DNA from: an uncultured delta proteobacterium
GTDB taxonomy: Bacteria; Desulfobacterota; Binatia; Bin18
NCBI GenBank assembly: GCA_963733195.1
Contig: CAVTCR010000074.1
Span: 96,001-160,000, forward strand
DNA: 64,000 nt
Direction of reading: 5' to 3'
The translations under genes and the position numbers were made by a program. The notes below the pieces were generated by a model that made no database searches, was not told the origin of the DNA, and saw only the letters and a program-made list of their open reading frames with translations. Shown here one piece after another: positions 51,818-63,236 of this stretch (position 1 is its first letter; every line of letters starts with the position of its first letter).

Positions 51818-52621
51818 ATGCCCATTCATCCCACCGCGATTATTGATCCCCGTGCAGAGCTTCATGCGGAAGCTGACATTGGTCCATACGTAGTAATCGA
51901 CGGCACTGTACAGGTTGGCCGCGGCACACGGGTGCTCGCTCACGCCGTGCTCACAGGGTGGACCGAGATTGGTGAAGATAATGTTATTCATATGGGGGCT
52001 GTCATTGGTCATGAACCACAGGACCTAGCATACAAAGGTGCGCAGACCTTTCTGAAAATCGGCCATCGCAACACGTTTCGTGAGCACAGCCAGATCCATC
52101 GCGGCACGGTTGAAGGCAGCGCAACCGTCATTGGCAACGACAACTATTTCATGCACCACTCTCACGCAGCTCATAATTGTCTCATCGGCAACAACACAAT
52201 CATCGCCGGTGGGGCTTTACTTGCTGGGTATGTACAGGTTGAAGATCGAGCCTTTGTTTCCGGGAACTGCGTGGTTCATCAATTTGTCCGGATTGGTACC
52301 CTCGCTATTCTAAGAGGATTGTCACGTACCAGTCGTGACGTTCCGCCGTTCTGCATCATGGATGGCACCCATACAGTCCGAGGTATTAACCTCGTCGGAT
52401 TACGCCGCAGTGGATTCAGTCGCGAGCGCGTCCATGCCCTACGCAATGCATTTGCCAGACTCTTTCGTAAACGCGTGAATCTGAAGCAAGCAGTTGCTGA
52501 ACTCCGAACCGAAACCGATTCAGCGGATGTGTTGTATCTGCTCGACTTCATCGAGCAATCGAAGCGCGGTGTGTGTTTTGGTCCGAAGAATAATCAGCCA
52601 GAAGAGTCGAGTGAGGATTAG
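51818..52621 (+). CDS. lpxA: Acyl-ACP:UDP-GlcNAc O-acyltransferase (stand-alone LpxA homolog)
   Basis: Hexapeptide repeats, IHPTAII, PQDL, IHRGT, HAAHNC, VHQF, DVPPF, NLVGLRR. Confidence 0.88.
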   Translation: MPIHPTAIIDPRAELHAEADIGPYVVIDGTVQVGRGTRVLAHAVLTGWTEIGEDNVIHMGAVIGHEPQDLAYKGAQTFLKIGHRNTFREHSQIHRGTVEGSATVIGNDNYFMHHSHAAHNCLIGNNTIIAGGALLAGYVQVEDRAFVSGNCVVHQFVRIGTLAILRGLSRTSRDVPPFCIMDGTHTVRGINLVGLRRSGFSRERVHALRNAFARLFRKRVNLKQAVAELRTETDSADVLYLLDFIEQSKRGVCFGPKNNQPEESSED

Positions 52622-52622
52622 A

Positions 52623-52660
52623 AGGCGGCGATCGGATTCGAACCGGTAAATGGAGGTTTT
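52623..52660 (-). repeat. tRNA-Cys 3'-end fragment, att-like site 1
   Basis: aggcggcgatcggattcgaaccggtaaatggaggtttt; 36/38 identical to the copy at 55578. Confidence 0.85.
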
Positions 52661-52754
52661 TGGGTTGTGCGTTCGTTTAACCCTACACCGCTCTTCTCTG
52701 TGTGAGGGGAGCGGACTCAGGAAAGGAGGCTATGCTGTACCCTCATGGAGCGGG

Positions 52755-53919
52755 TCAAAACGTCACTCCCATCTCCAGCTTAAACCCGCGTTCTGTTTGC
52801 TGGTTCGGCGCACGTTTGCTTTGCGTGAACGATCCGCCAAGGGAGACTTGGGAATTCAGCTGATAATTCCAAGAGAATGTCGCCTGCTCCCACTTCATCT
52901 GGGTGCCCGTCAATCGTTGCCCATATTGGTAATTCCCACTAGCAGCGAGCTGGGGACTGAGAAAGTCTAACCGCAGGTCCCCGCCGAGACTCCCTGTGAG
53001 CGTAGTCAGAAGAAACCGATTCGCTTCCGCCTTGTTCGTCTCCTCACCTATGATGCTTCGTCCTTCACAGCTCACTGTGGGATGCCAGCGAAAGGCAACG
53101 ACTTGCCACGGGTCATGGGTAAAGCGGTCGCTCGGGGGTGTCATCCAACTCAGCGTTCCGACGACTTCTCCTTTGGGTCTGATGTCTCGGGTGCTGGGGT
53201 TGATGGCATACTCGCCGTTCGTCGCCAGTACCATGCGCAGCTGCCCTTTGCTGGCGTTTCCTCTCTCCTCGTCTGTTCCCAGCATGCCGAGATACCGTCC
53301 GAACCGCGGCTGAAGAACGCTTGCGGGCAGCAGGGTCACGTGCGTACGCGTGGTTCCCTTGATCGCGTTGGTGGCCTGGTCTTTCTTCGTACTCCCGGCA
53401 TGCACTTCCAGGCCGAGATCAAAGCCGCCGTCGATCGTCACCCCGTCATACGTCTGTGCCAGCGCTCCTGCGGGTGCGACTCGCCAGACCTGATCCACCC
53501 GCGGGGGAGGGACTTTCTTCGCCGCTTGCCCAAGGGATCGCTTGGGGTATCCGGGTGCCTTGACGGCGGAAACGACCGAGGAGTCACGACGTGTAAGTCT
53601 CTGGAACCAAGGGCCAACGAGATCTTGTACAGGCGCCGGTAACGCACGCAAAGGTGGACCTGAGGGGTAGGCTCGTTCGTTCGTGATCAACGTGGCAAGT
53701 GGCTCTTTGCGATCGTCTCCTTCGCTTCCGGGACAACGGGCGCACATGCTCAGCCACCCCTAAGAGGTCGTGCGCAGGCAAACGCAGCCCAGTGCTAGCT
53801 GCCTCCGTCCCGATTCGCGCGTTGGGCACCAGAGGACTGGGGACAAGCGCATCAGCCAGGACATGGTGATGAGAAAGCAGAACAATGAAGCCAACGAGAC
53901 CATAGACACGCCAGTGCAT
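52755..53919 (-). CDS. Hypothetical exported protein, possible outer-membrane beta-barrel; 5' part frameshifted
   Basis: 330-aa ORF ending in amphipathic strands and terminal Phe (GFKLEMGVTF); signal-like MHWRVYGLVGFIVLLS upstream in another frame. Confidence 0.5.
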
Positions 53920-54248
53920 GGGTTCCTCTCCAGCTTTGGCACCGCTTTAGTGGGGAGTGGGTCCTCTATTCACCCTAGCTGACACGAAGGGAGCGGAGCA
54001 AGTTTTCGTCCGCAGACTGTTGAGTGGGTCTCGCCCGACTCGCCGGGCAGGCAAACGGGAAGATTGCTCGCACGTATGAGAGCGCAGAATATGAAGGCCC
54101 TCACGGGCTAATCGGGATAGAAGAGGGAAACCCTGCTTCCACAGTCCCAAGGACTTGCACGATAACGCGGGCATGGCCCCAGACCTGCCTGCCCCTTCTT
54201 CCTTACACAATGCTTTGGACTAGGATGGAAACAAGGGGGGAAGCAGGT

Positions 54249-54665
54249 ATGACAGCAAAAGCCATTCTCTTGGTCGAGGACAGTGCTGCAGATGTCTATC
54301 TCATTCAGCGGGCAGTGAAAGACTGTGGCCAGGATATCCAGCTCTGGAGCATGGCCGACGGGGCCGAAGCCCTTCAGTTTCTGCGCAAAGCCCACCCTGT
54401 AGCACACGTACCGACCCCTGCCCTCATTATCATAGACCTTCTTTTACCCAAGATGAGCGGTGCCCAGCTTCTTACGGAAATCCGTCAGCTGCCGGCCTAT
54501 CAGGCGACCCCGATTATCATCCTCAGTAGGATGGATAAAGAGAGAGAAGAAGCGTTCTGTCTTCAACTGGGGGCCACCGCGTATGTGCAGAAATCATCGA
54601 ACTTTTACGGCTTCTTTAACTCCATCAAGGCTCTCGTTGGAGCGCTGGGTCAGGTCAGAACGTGA
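54249..54665 (+). CDS. Single-domain response regulator receiver
   Basis: ILLVEDSAAD, IIIDLLLPKMSG, YVQK. Confidence 0.88.
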   Translation: MTAKAILLVEDSAADVYLIQRAVKDCGQDIQLWSMADGAEALQFLRKAHPVAHVPTPALIIIDLLLPKMSGAQLLTEIRQLPAYQATPIIILSRMDKEREEAFCLQLGATAYVQKSSNFYGFFNSIKALVGALGQVRT

Positions 54666-54888
54666 GAGGGATGAAGAGCAGTCTAACGGTAAAGGATGAC
54701 CAGGGTCAGACGTTTCTGGAGCACACCAAGGTGGAAACCACGCCGGCTCTGTCGCACCCTTTCAACACCCTACGTTATGTGGGAAGAGAGAAGAGACAAA
54801 CTCACCACATCTTGGAAGTAACCAATTGGTACTATCACCTGTGCGATAGAACCACAGATCCTCAGAGAGAACAGAGAGGAGTGCGCGT

Positions 54889-55233
54889 ATGTTGATCTTG
54901 CTCATCCACTGGTTGTTGAGCGCCCTCAGTCTGATGATGGTCGCCGCTTTGATTCCCGGGTTTCAGGTGCAGAACTTCATGGCCGCGCTCCTCGCTGTTG
55001 TCGTCATCGGTTTGATCAATGCGACGTTGGGACTGCTCCTCAAAGTCCTGACCTTCCCCCTGACGATTGTCACTTTTGGCTTGTTTCTGTTGGTCATCAA
55101 TGCCCTCATGTTACGCTTCGCCGCCGCGTTTGTGCCTGGCTTTACGGTGAACGGATTCCTGCCAGCTTTTTGGGGCGCGCTCGTCCTCGCGCTTGTCAGC
55201 ATGGTCCTGCGTGCGGTCGTCTTGCAGAAATGA
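54889..55233 (+). CDS. YvlD-like 4-TM membrane protein (phage holin superfamily IV)
   Basis: LTFPLTIVTFGLFLLVINALML...VPGFTVNGF motif; GAGGAG RBS. Confidence 0.88.
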   Translation: MLILLIHWLLSALSLMMVAALIPGFQVQNFMAALLAVVVIGLINATLGLLLKVLTFPLTIVTFGLFLLVINALMLRFAAAFVPGFTVNGFLPAFWGALVLALVSMVLRAVVLQK

Positions 55234-55577
55234 AAGGGGTGATAAGCTCCACAACCCATCCGCCACCGGAGCTGGTGTCAGAGCAGAGAGAGTCTGCTAA
55301 ACGAGCATTACGAACTGTTCCGACAACGATCTGACTGACGGCATTGTCAACTTGTTAATGCGATTCCCGGCAAAGGTTGAGGAGCATCGAGCCGAGAGGA
55401 TATAGGCAGTCGTGCGAGAACGACTCACGCCCTGGAGGTCTCGATGCCCTATCCAAGAGCAGAGAAGCGGGTCAGATACTTTACTCAAGCCGTAGGTGGC
55501 CATTGATGAGGCGCTCAAAGTCCTGCATTCTCTACCCTACCCGATGCTCTTTCCGCTAACCCGTTGACACTTAAATA

Positions 55578-55621
55578 AGGCGGCGACCGGATTCGAACCG
55601 GTGAATGGAGGTTTTGCAGAC
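55578..55621 (-). repeat. tRNA-Cys(GCA) 3'-half fragment, att-like site 2
   Basis: Reverse complement gtctgcaaaacctccattcaccggttcgaatccggtcgccgcct gives anticodon loop to acceptor end; 5' half absent. Confidence 0.88.
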
Positions 55622-55667
55622 AAAAAACAGACTGTGATATAGAGGTAAACAGAGAGTGATAGAAGAC

Positions 55668-55696
55668 GAAAAGGCCCGGAGTATCCGGGCTTTTTC
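55668..55696. terminator. Bidirectional terminator-like hairpin next to att site
   Basis: gaaaaggcccgga-gta-tccgggctttttc. Confidence 0.6.
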
Positions 55697-55748
55697 ACGC
55701 CTACTGTCTTCACTGTATTTCCCGTATTCGTTAGTCTCACACGTGAAC

Positions 55749-55768
55749 AACTACCCAAATAACTACCC
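55749..55768. repeat. Direct repeat AACTACCC x2, possible integrase arm-type sites
   Basis: aactaccc-aaat-aactaccc, about 130 bp inside the att site. Confidence 0.45.
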
Positions 55769-55797
55769 TTGTGACTAACTGAGCGGTGGGGTTACGC

Positions 55798-56050
55798 TTA
55801 CGATAGACTTCACGGCGATGGCCGATTTTGATCACCAGGACAAGCAGACTTGTCGTGGATCTCGTAAAGTACCCGATAGTCTCCCACCCGAAGACGGTGC
55901 ACGTTCCCATCTCCCTTCAGCTTCTTAATACCTGAGGGCCGTGGGTTCACTTCCAGCTGCGTAGGGCTTGACGATGCGTGTTTGGATGTAGGGGGAAAGA
56001 GCAGCGAGGTCACGCTTCGCCCGGTTTGACAGTTAGACCGTGTAGGCCAC
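55798..56050 (-). pseudogene. RelE/ParE-family toxin, disrupted
   Basis: VAYTV*LSNRAKRDL...NPRPSGIKKLKG...RLRVGDYRVLYEI...VIKIGHRREVYR with an in-frame TAA and frameshifts. Confidence 0.8.
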
Positions 56051-56052
56051 TG

Positions 56053-56316
56053 TTACGCTCTGATTCCCAACTCTTTCACATGTTCGTCAAGGGCGTGGTC
56101 TTGTCGCCTTCGGCTCGCATTCCTCTTTGGCGCACGAAAATCTTCTACGTCTAGCCGATCGTCCAATTCTTCCAAGCGGGCAAGGTCTTCTAGGGGGACC
56201 AGGGCAGCGACAGCCTTCCCACGGCGATGCACAACAACTCGTTCCCGCTTGGTCACTACGCGAGACAGGGAATGGGAGAAAGTTTCTTGGCGTTTTTGGG
56301 TAGTGGGACGGGGCAT
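56053..56316 (-). CDS. Phd/YefM-family antitoxin, possibly frameshifted
   Basis: FSHSLSRV...ERVVVHRRGKAVAALVPLEDL; directly upstream of the toxin. Confidence 0.78.
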   Translation of the reverse strand: MPRPTTQKRQETFSHSLSRVVTKRERVVVHRRGKAVAALVPLEDLARLEELDDRLDVEDFRAPKRNASRRRQDHALDEHVKELGIRA

Positions 56317-56490
56317 AGGCTTTATCTCCTTGCAGCTTTGTGCCTTATACCACAGAGAATACAAAGAGGAGAACAGTTCATTGGCCTATCGTTAGTTCCG
56401 CTTCCAGTGGATGCTCCTTACGAAAACGGCTCACACCACGAATGGTAAACCCCAATACATTTCCTTGCTCATTCACGCGCTCCATCATAG

Positions 56491-57445
56491 GGTTGTGTCA
56501 ACTTTCAGGCCAAGGACGCTGTACAAGAATATAACCCTCTTAGGGATCGACTTCTTAGGCAACCGCCAATGTTGTCAAGATAATCCGCATCCGGCCCAAA
56601 GGAAGTGCCCGTTGCCACGCTAACGACATCGATTCATTCCGCTGTGACCGTACGCGGAAGACATGGCGCATCTCGTCGTAGACCCGACAAAACCGCGCTG
56701 CCGACACGACACTCTTGAAGCCCCCCATCGACCGCGTCCGCTGTTTGATTCCTCGATGGTCCTGCTCCAGATGATTATTCAAATAGCGGTTCGTGCGATG
56801 GGTCACGGCTTCCCCCAATTCCGCTTTGAAGGCGCCGGGGTATGAGCCATGGCCAGCAGTCGTAACCCGGTCGGGACGACCTCGGTGACAGTTCGGGCAG
56901 AATGGAAGAATGCCTCGGCGGCTACCTGATCTTGTCGCTCGCTCAGCAACACATCGACCAGGTTATCGTCTCGATCAATAGCCCGATAGAGGTAGGCCCC
57001 GGGGCCCTTCACTTTGAGATAGGTCTCGCCACAATACCAGCTCCGTCCCCCCTGCCGTGCCGATGCTTGCGGAGGATCTCACTCAGCACGGGTGCCAGCT
57101 TGGCTTCCCACTCCCGCACCGCTTCGTGGGTGAAGATGAGGCCTCGCTCAAGGAACATCTCGGCCAAGTCGCGTAAGCTCAGTTTGTACCGGATACGCCA
57201 CAGGATCACTAAACAGATGACATCCGTGGGGTACTGCAGGCGATTAAACAGCGTGCCCGTCCGTTCATTAAATCCCCCCTCGCAGGTCCGACAGCGAAAG
57301 CGTTGGTAGCCCAGCTCTGTACGTTCTGGGCGCTCGGTGATTGCGGACGACTGGCAGTGAGGGCAGTCCATCCCACCTCCTCTCCGAAACCGAATCCTAT
57401 CTCCTCCCACCAACTTCGCCAATTGGCACGCAACCTGACAGAACC
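56491..57445 (-). mobile_element. IS6-family insertion sequence with frameshifted transposase (56555-57371)
   Basis: Terminal IRs ggttgtgtcaactt / aacctgacagaacc; MDCPHC zinc finger, LSLRDLAEMF, YLYRAIDRD, YLNNHLEQDHRGIK. Confidence 0.9.
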
Positions 57446-57516
57446 CAGAACAGAGGGCACCGTTGCCGATGCCCCCGTAAGACAACCCTGGGTGGTAATG
57501 GACGTGGTGTGAGCGG

Positions 57517-58908
57517 CTACGGTACTCTGTTCATTTCCACAAACCGCAAGGCTCGATCCAAGACGTCCGTCTGTACGTTAAAGATCCCTCCTCCAGTGTT
57601 TCCGACTGTACAAACACCCTCGGAGAGGCCGTTGACGCCATTAATAGTACACTGGCCGCAGATGGCATGAGGGATATTCATCCACGAGTTGGCCAGTTCG
57701 CCAGAAAGAACGAATGAACTGCGGGGCCCGCTTGTGGCTCTCCCCCAACGGTATTCTGGATACACACCTTCTGGTTATTGGCCGTACTAAAGGTGCTGTT
57801 CCAGGCATGCCAATCCCCTGGAACGTTAGGGAGCGGGTTATCGATGTCATTGAACCATGCCAAGGTCCCATTTTCTCCATCTTGGCACGTCCCGTCGATG
57901 GGCGCCCCCAAGATTTTCACCGCGTTGAAGGCCGGGGCGTGCTCTAAACTCCTTGATCAAGCCCAGGGCCAGACAGCCGCCACGACTATGACCGGCAATA
58001 ATAATTTGTTTCAGGTCCGCGGGGGTAACCTTGGTCTTCAGCCAATCGAATAAGCCCTGGCGAATTTGGGCTCTATAGGGAGAACCCCAATCATACTGGT
58101 GATCAGGAAAAGCCACGGCAAAGGTGTTATTTGGATTGATATTCATACCCGGTGGTGCACCGAGTAATCGCCCGACAAACGACGCGGCGCTAAAGGCTTG
58201 CGTTCCACAATTCTAATCATTGCACGCATCTTGCCAGTGATTCGGCTGCCCCGTGATATTGCCGGGACCGCCCCCGACGACGCCGCCACTGCTCACTCCA
58301 TTCTGCCCCGCCAGCGCAATCAGTAAGGTTCGGGTATTGGCCGCCGGAGGTTCCGCCCAGATGGCGTAGCGCGTGCGGTGGATCTCCCAATTCCCGACGC
58401 CGGCCGCGCGCAATTGCGGAATCGTGTCATGGTAACAATCGCAATACCCAATGGCCCTGCCACTTATACGAGGCATTCGGGCAGACATTCGAACAGAAAC
58501 CGGCATACGTGGTTTTCTCTGTCGCCCTCTGGATCAGGAGCGAAGGTCCCCAGCCAGAGGGCACTGGTCCCGTCTGGCGATCATAATCATATTGTCAGAT
58601 CATACGATGTCAGTGATCCTAGTACGAAGGCTCGCCTCGGTACGCATCGGCTGGCTCATGATGGTTACAGGGGCTGGGCGGGAGTCTCGGCAAAAACGGG
58701 ACACATGACGCAAGAAAAACCGCGCCAATACCCTAATTTTCATCGCCCAGGTGTCTGCTTATCATATCGACAAGCCGGGCGTAGGGGGCGAGGATTGCTC
58801 ATGGCTACGCCTGGGGGAACCGCGAGCCGCAAAGCTCAGCAGCATCAGGGCGAACGTAGCGCGACGGCCCAGGAGCCCTTGTCCTGAGTGGTAATGCTGC
58901 GTTTTCAT
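57517..58908 (-). pseudogene. Secreted Cys-containing alpha/beta hydrolase, multiply frameshifted
   Basis: AAGGAG + MKTQH...signal-like stretch; fragments LLIALAGQ, IIIAGHSRGG (nucleophile elbow), APIDG, IPHAIC. Joining of the 5' part is uncertain. Confidence 0.6.
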
Positions 58909-59006
58909 TGAAGTCTCTCCTTTTAACCGAGCAGGGGCTAGAGTTGTAGGTGAAAGTCCTCGATAGTGCAAAAGCGGAAACTGACACTGGAAACGGCGAT
59001 GGGCCG

Positions 59007-59296
59007 TTAGGCCTGCGGCGGTCTCTCTAGGTCCCGCGTGGTGACGACTCCTACGGTGGCTTCGCGCGGACGATGGTGAGTCACCTGCGTGCAAGAATGC
59101 CAGCGTTCCTCGGGCGAGTGAAAAGCGCGGAGCGCGGCCCGAGACCATATGCTCGACCCGGCCGTTGACGCGCAGTGGCCGTGGCGGCCGTCGCCATCCG
59201 GAACTGCACGACAAAGGCCCGACGGGGCGACAGGAGCGACTCCTCGGCGGATCCCAGGCGTGCTCGCCGTGCGAGGTACAAGCGTGATTCACTCAC
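59007..59296 (-). CDS. Small conserved hypothetical protein, frameshifted
   Basis: Stitched LSPRRAFVVQFR...GRVEHMVSGRA.RF...LAFL; divergent from the STAND regulator; ends approximate. Confidence 0.5.
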
Positions 59297-59443
59297 TGAT
59301 TGACATTTCTTTTCGTCATGTCGTCAGCCTACGCATCGCCGCCGTTGAATGCGAGATGCACATGCGTTGAGTTTGCGTGGAGTTTGCGTTGATTTTCCGT
59401 TGAGTTTTCGCTACAAGAGCGGAGTCGAGCGGAAGGAGGCCAC

Positions 59444-62400
59444 GTGCCGTCGGAAACTCTCATTCTCTTTCCCCCGTTCCGTCTGGATGTGCTCAACGAG
59501 CAACTGTGGCGGGACAACGAATTGGTGCCTGTCCGGCCCAAACCCTTTGCGGTGTCTGGCCTACTTGGCGACGCATCCAGGCCGTTTGGTCACCGCGGCG
59601 GAACTGCGCAAAGCCGTGTGGCCGGACACCTATGTGGGCGAGGGCTTGTTGCGGGGCTACATTCGTGAGGTGCGGATCGTGTTGGGGGATGATCCCGAAG
59701 TGCCGCGGTTTATTGAGACGGTGCCCCGGCGCGGCTATCGGTTCCTCGCGGTAAGTAGCCAGTAGTCAGTAGTCAGGAGTTAGTAGTCAGAGAGTGCAGA
59801 GACTCGAGGCTAGAGACTGGCCTCTCCTCCTAGCCCCCAGCCTCCAGCCTCCGCCCTCAAATCTCGTGGGCCGCGACACTGAACTCCACAACTCCACAGG
59901 TGGTTAGAAAAAGCCTTGAGCGGGAGCGGCAGGTGGTGTTCGTGACGGGGAGCCAGGGATTGGCAAGACCACGCTGGTCGATGCCTTTCTTGCAGGCATT
60001 GGGCAACTGGGAGTTAGGCATCTGGAGAGCAAGATCATCACAGCTCAAAGCCAATCTCCAATCGCACTGAAGCCACTCCCTGATGCCCAAAGCCCAATCC
60101 CGTCCCAGTCCTTGGATTGCGCGCGGGCAATGCATCGAGCACTACGGCGCGGGCGAGGCGTATCTGCCCGTGTTGGAAGCGTTGGGGCAGCTCTGTCGGC
60201 AGCCGGGAGGAGAGCAGGTGATTGCGCTGCTCAGTCGCTATGCGCCGACGTGGCTGGTGCAGATGCCTGCGCTGATGAGTGATGCAGAGCTAGAGGCGCT
60301 ACAACGCAAGGTGCAGGGAGCGACGCGGGAGCGGATGCTGCGGGAGATGGCGGAAGCGGTCGAGGCCCTGACGGCAGAGCACCCGCTGGTGTTGGTGCTG
60401 GAAGACTTGCACTGGAGCGATTATTCCACGCTGGACCTGCTCTCGTTGCTGGCCCAGCGCCGCGGGCCGGCGCGCTTGTTGCTGCTCGCGACGTATCGGC
60501 CCGCAGATGTCATCGTGAGTGGGCATCCGCTGAAAGCGATGAAGCAGGAACTGCAGGTGCATGGGCAGTGTGAGGAGTTGCCGCTAGGGTTTTTGACTGC
60601 CGCAGAAGTCAGCCAGTATCTGGCCGCTCGGTTTCCCCAGCAGCAGTTCCCCGTCAGAGCTTGGGCCGGATCATTCACCGGAGTACCGAGGGGAACCCGT
60701 TGTTCATGGTCAATGTGGTGGACGATTGGGTGCGCCAGGAGTGCTGGTTGAAACTGACGGGCAGTGGCAGCTAGCGGCCAGGTCGAAGACCTGGCGGCGG
60801 GCGTGCCGGAGAGCCTGCGGCAGATGATCGAGAAGCAACTGGAGCGGCTGACGCCGGAGGAGCAGCGTATGGTGGAAACGGCGAGTGTGGTGGGGGGCGA
60901 GTTTTCGACGGCCGCAGTGGCGGCAGGACTAGAGGAGAAGGGGGAGCGTGTCGAGGAGTGGTGTGAGGGATTAGCCAAGCGGGAACAATTCGTACGGGCG
61001 CGGGGAACGGAGACGTTAGCGGAGGGGACGGTGACAGGGCGCTACGGGTTTGTCCACGCGCTGTATCAGCAGGTGCTGTATGAGCGGCTGGCGGCGGTGC
61101 GGCGCATCCGTCTGCATCGGCGCATTGGCGAGTGGGAAGAGGGAGCGTATGGCGCGCGGGTCAGCGAGGTGGCGGCAGAACTGGCGATGCACTTTGAGCG
61201 CGGGCAGGACTACGAGCGGGCGGTACAGTATTTGACCGCAAGCAGGGCAAAATGCCCTGCGGCGCTCCGCGCCCTCAGGAGGCGATTGACCTGCTCACCA
61301 AGGGATTGGAACTGCTGCAAGACGCTCCCGGACACCCCGAACGCCTCCAGCAAGAACTCGCCCTGCAAATCACGTTAGGCGTGCCGCTGTTGATGACCAA
61401 AGGTATGCGGCTCCGGAGGTGGAACACGCCTACGCCCGGGCGCGCGAGTTCTGCCAGCAGATGGGAGAAATCCTCAACTCTTCCCGGTGCTGTGCGGGAC
61501 TGTGGGGTTTTCATCTCGTCCGGGCGGAGTCTACAGACGGCGCGGGAGCTGGGGGAGCAACTCTTCCGCTCGCGCAGACCATACGCAGACCCTGACTCTC
61601 TCGTGTGGGCCCACAGCATGCTAGGGTTACCTCTGTTCTGGCTCGGAGAGTTTGCCGGCTGCCCGCAAGCACTTGGAACGGGGGATCATCTATACGACTC
61701 CGCAGCTTCACCGGCTACCGCACTCTTGTGGCGCGCAAGACCCGAGATGATTGTCTCTCGTATGCGCTGCAACGCTGTGGCGCTTGGGGTATCCGGATCA
61801 GGCTCGGAAGGAGATGCCACGAGGCGATCGCTTGGCCCAGGAATTCTCTCATCCCTTTTACTTGGCGTTCGCTCTGACTTTGCCGCCTGGCTCTCATCAT
61901 GTTCCTCCGCGAAGTGGCGAGTGGTCCAGGAGCACGCAGAAGAAGCTCATGCAGCTCAGCAGAACAAGGCTTTCCGTACTGGTTGGCTGGGGAACTGTCC
62001 TGCAGAGGTTGGGACTGGTACAGCAGGACAGGAAGAGGCAGGGATAGCAAGATGCGTCAGGGGATGGACGCCGAGCACGGGAGCAGAGCTTGAGCAGGTC
62101 GTAATTCTTGCCCAACTGGCCGAGGCGTATGGAAAGATGGGACAGGAAGAGGAGGGCTTTCTTTGCTGGCTGAAGCGTAGCAGCGGGTGAACAAGACCGG
62201 AGAACGTTGGTATGAGGCGGAGCTGTATCGGCTCAAGGGGGAGCTGACGCTGCAGCAGTCAGGCAATCGAACAAGTCAAAGGACAAAAGTCAAGACAAGA
62301 CAAAAGAACTTGTCAGTCCTGGGTTCCCAAATCCTGGCCCGAGCCTCCAAGCCGAAGCCGAGGCGTGTATTTCTCAAAGCCATCGACATTGCCCGCCAAC

Positions 62401-62621
62401 AACAGGCAAAATCGCTTGAGCTACGTGCGACGATGAGCCTGGTGCGGCTGCGGCAACACTAGGCTACGCCGCAGGGATCCCGCAGCACGCAACATGTTTC
62501 TCGCACGGCGCTTGCCGAAGCATATACCATGTTATCGGAGGTCTACCATTGGTTCACCGAAGGGTTTGCCATGAAAGATCTGCAGGAGGCAAAAGCGTTG
62601 CTCGAAGAATTGAGTCATTGA
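59444..62621 (+). pseudogene. wHTH (OmpR/CadC-type)-AAA ATPase (STAND)-TPR regulator, many frameshifts
   Basis: FPPFRLD...AVWPDTYV...FIETVPRRGYRF; Walker A GEPGIGKT (broken); Walker B LVLEDLHWSD; GNPLF; FVHALY; WYEAELYRLKGEL; WFTEGF...LQEAKALL. Could be intact with assembly errors. Confidence 0.85.
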
Positions 62622-62932
62622 CGGATTGGGCCATTTAAACATTGAATCAATGATAGCTACTCCCCCTGTCTCGTTCAGGGAGACGGTTGATGGGAGGCCG
62701 AGTAGTCTACGGCCTGCCTCCCTGCCACTATAACAAGCGTTACAGTATGGTGATTGCGGTAGTCATAGCGGTTTGGATCTCACTCGCTGTTAATACCCGA
62801 TCATAGATCGCAAGTCATCCAGCTGCCCCTGCCACCTTCGGTCGCCTGCGCCACTGTTGGTTGAGTCCGGTGCTTCAGGCATAGGTTTCTACACCACTGT
62901 GAACCGGTAGAATGGGAAGTATGTCACAACAC

Positions 62933-63236
62933 GGTTGTGTCGCAATTCTTGATGATAAATGAAGTAAGACATCACCATTAGTTTGTTATGCCTTATGCAG
63001 CTAGGGAACAGAATTGTTCCGCCGGAGTTTGGCGGTCGTTCCTCGTAGTCACTAGTTGTCCCTTGCGGATCGCGTGCATGACCTCGATCCCGGTGAGGGT
63101 GCAACGTGCACTCCAGAATGACTGAAAGCCGAGCCTCGGTTTCACTACGCGCTTTACGGCTCTATGATCTTGCTCTACGAGATTATTAAGATACTTCGAT
63201 TGTCGAATGACAATGGTCGTCTTGTGGGTGCGGTTG
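62933..63236 (-). mobile_element. 3' remnant of a second IS6-family transposase with terminal IR
   Basis: IRQSKYLNNLVEQDHRAVKR...GIEVMHAIRKGQ; IR ggttgtgtcgcaat at 62933. Confidence 0.8.

Noticed and set aside
54662-54895. 77-aa ORF between the receiver and membrane protein genes
   Set aside because: No motif or RBS support; cannot be called.
54889-55233. Prophage implied by holin-family gene
   Set aside because: YvlD-like membrane proteins are common in non-phage contexts, and no phage structural or lysis genes are present.
55578-55621. Functional tRNA-Cys gene
   Set aside because: The 5' half (acceptor 5' strand and D-arm) is missing; it is an att-type fragment.
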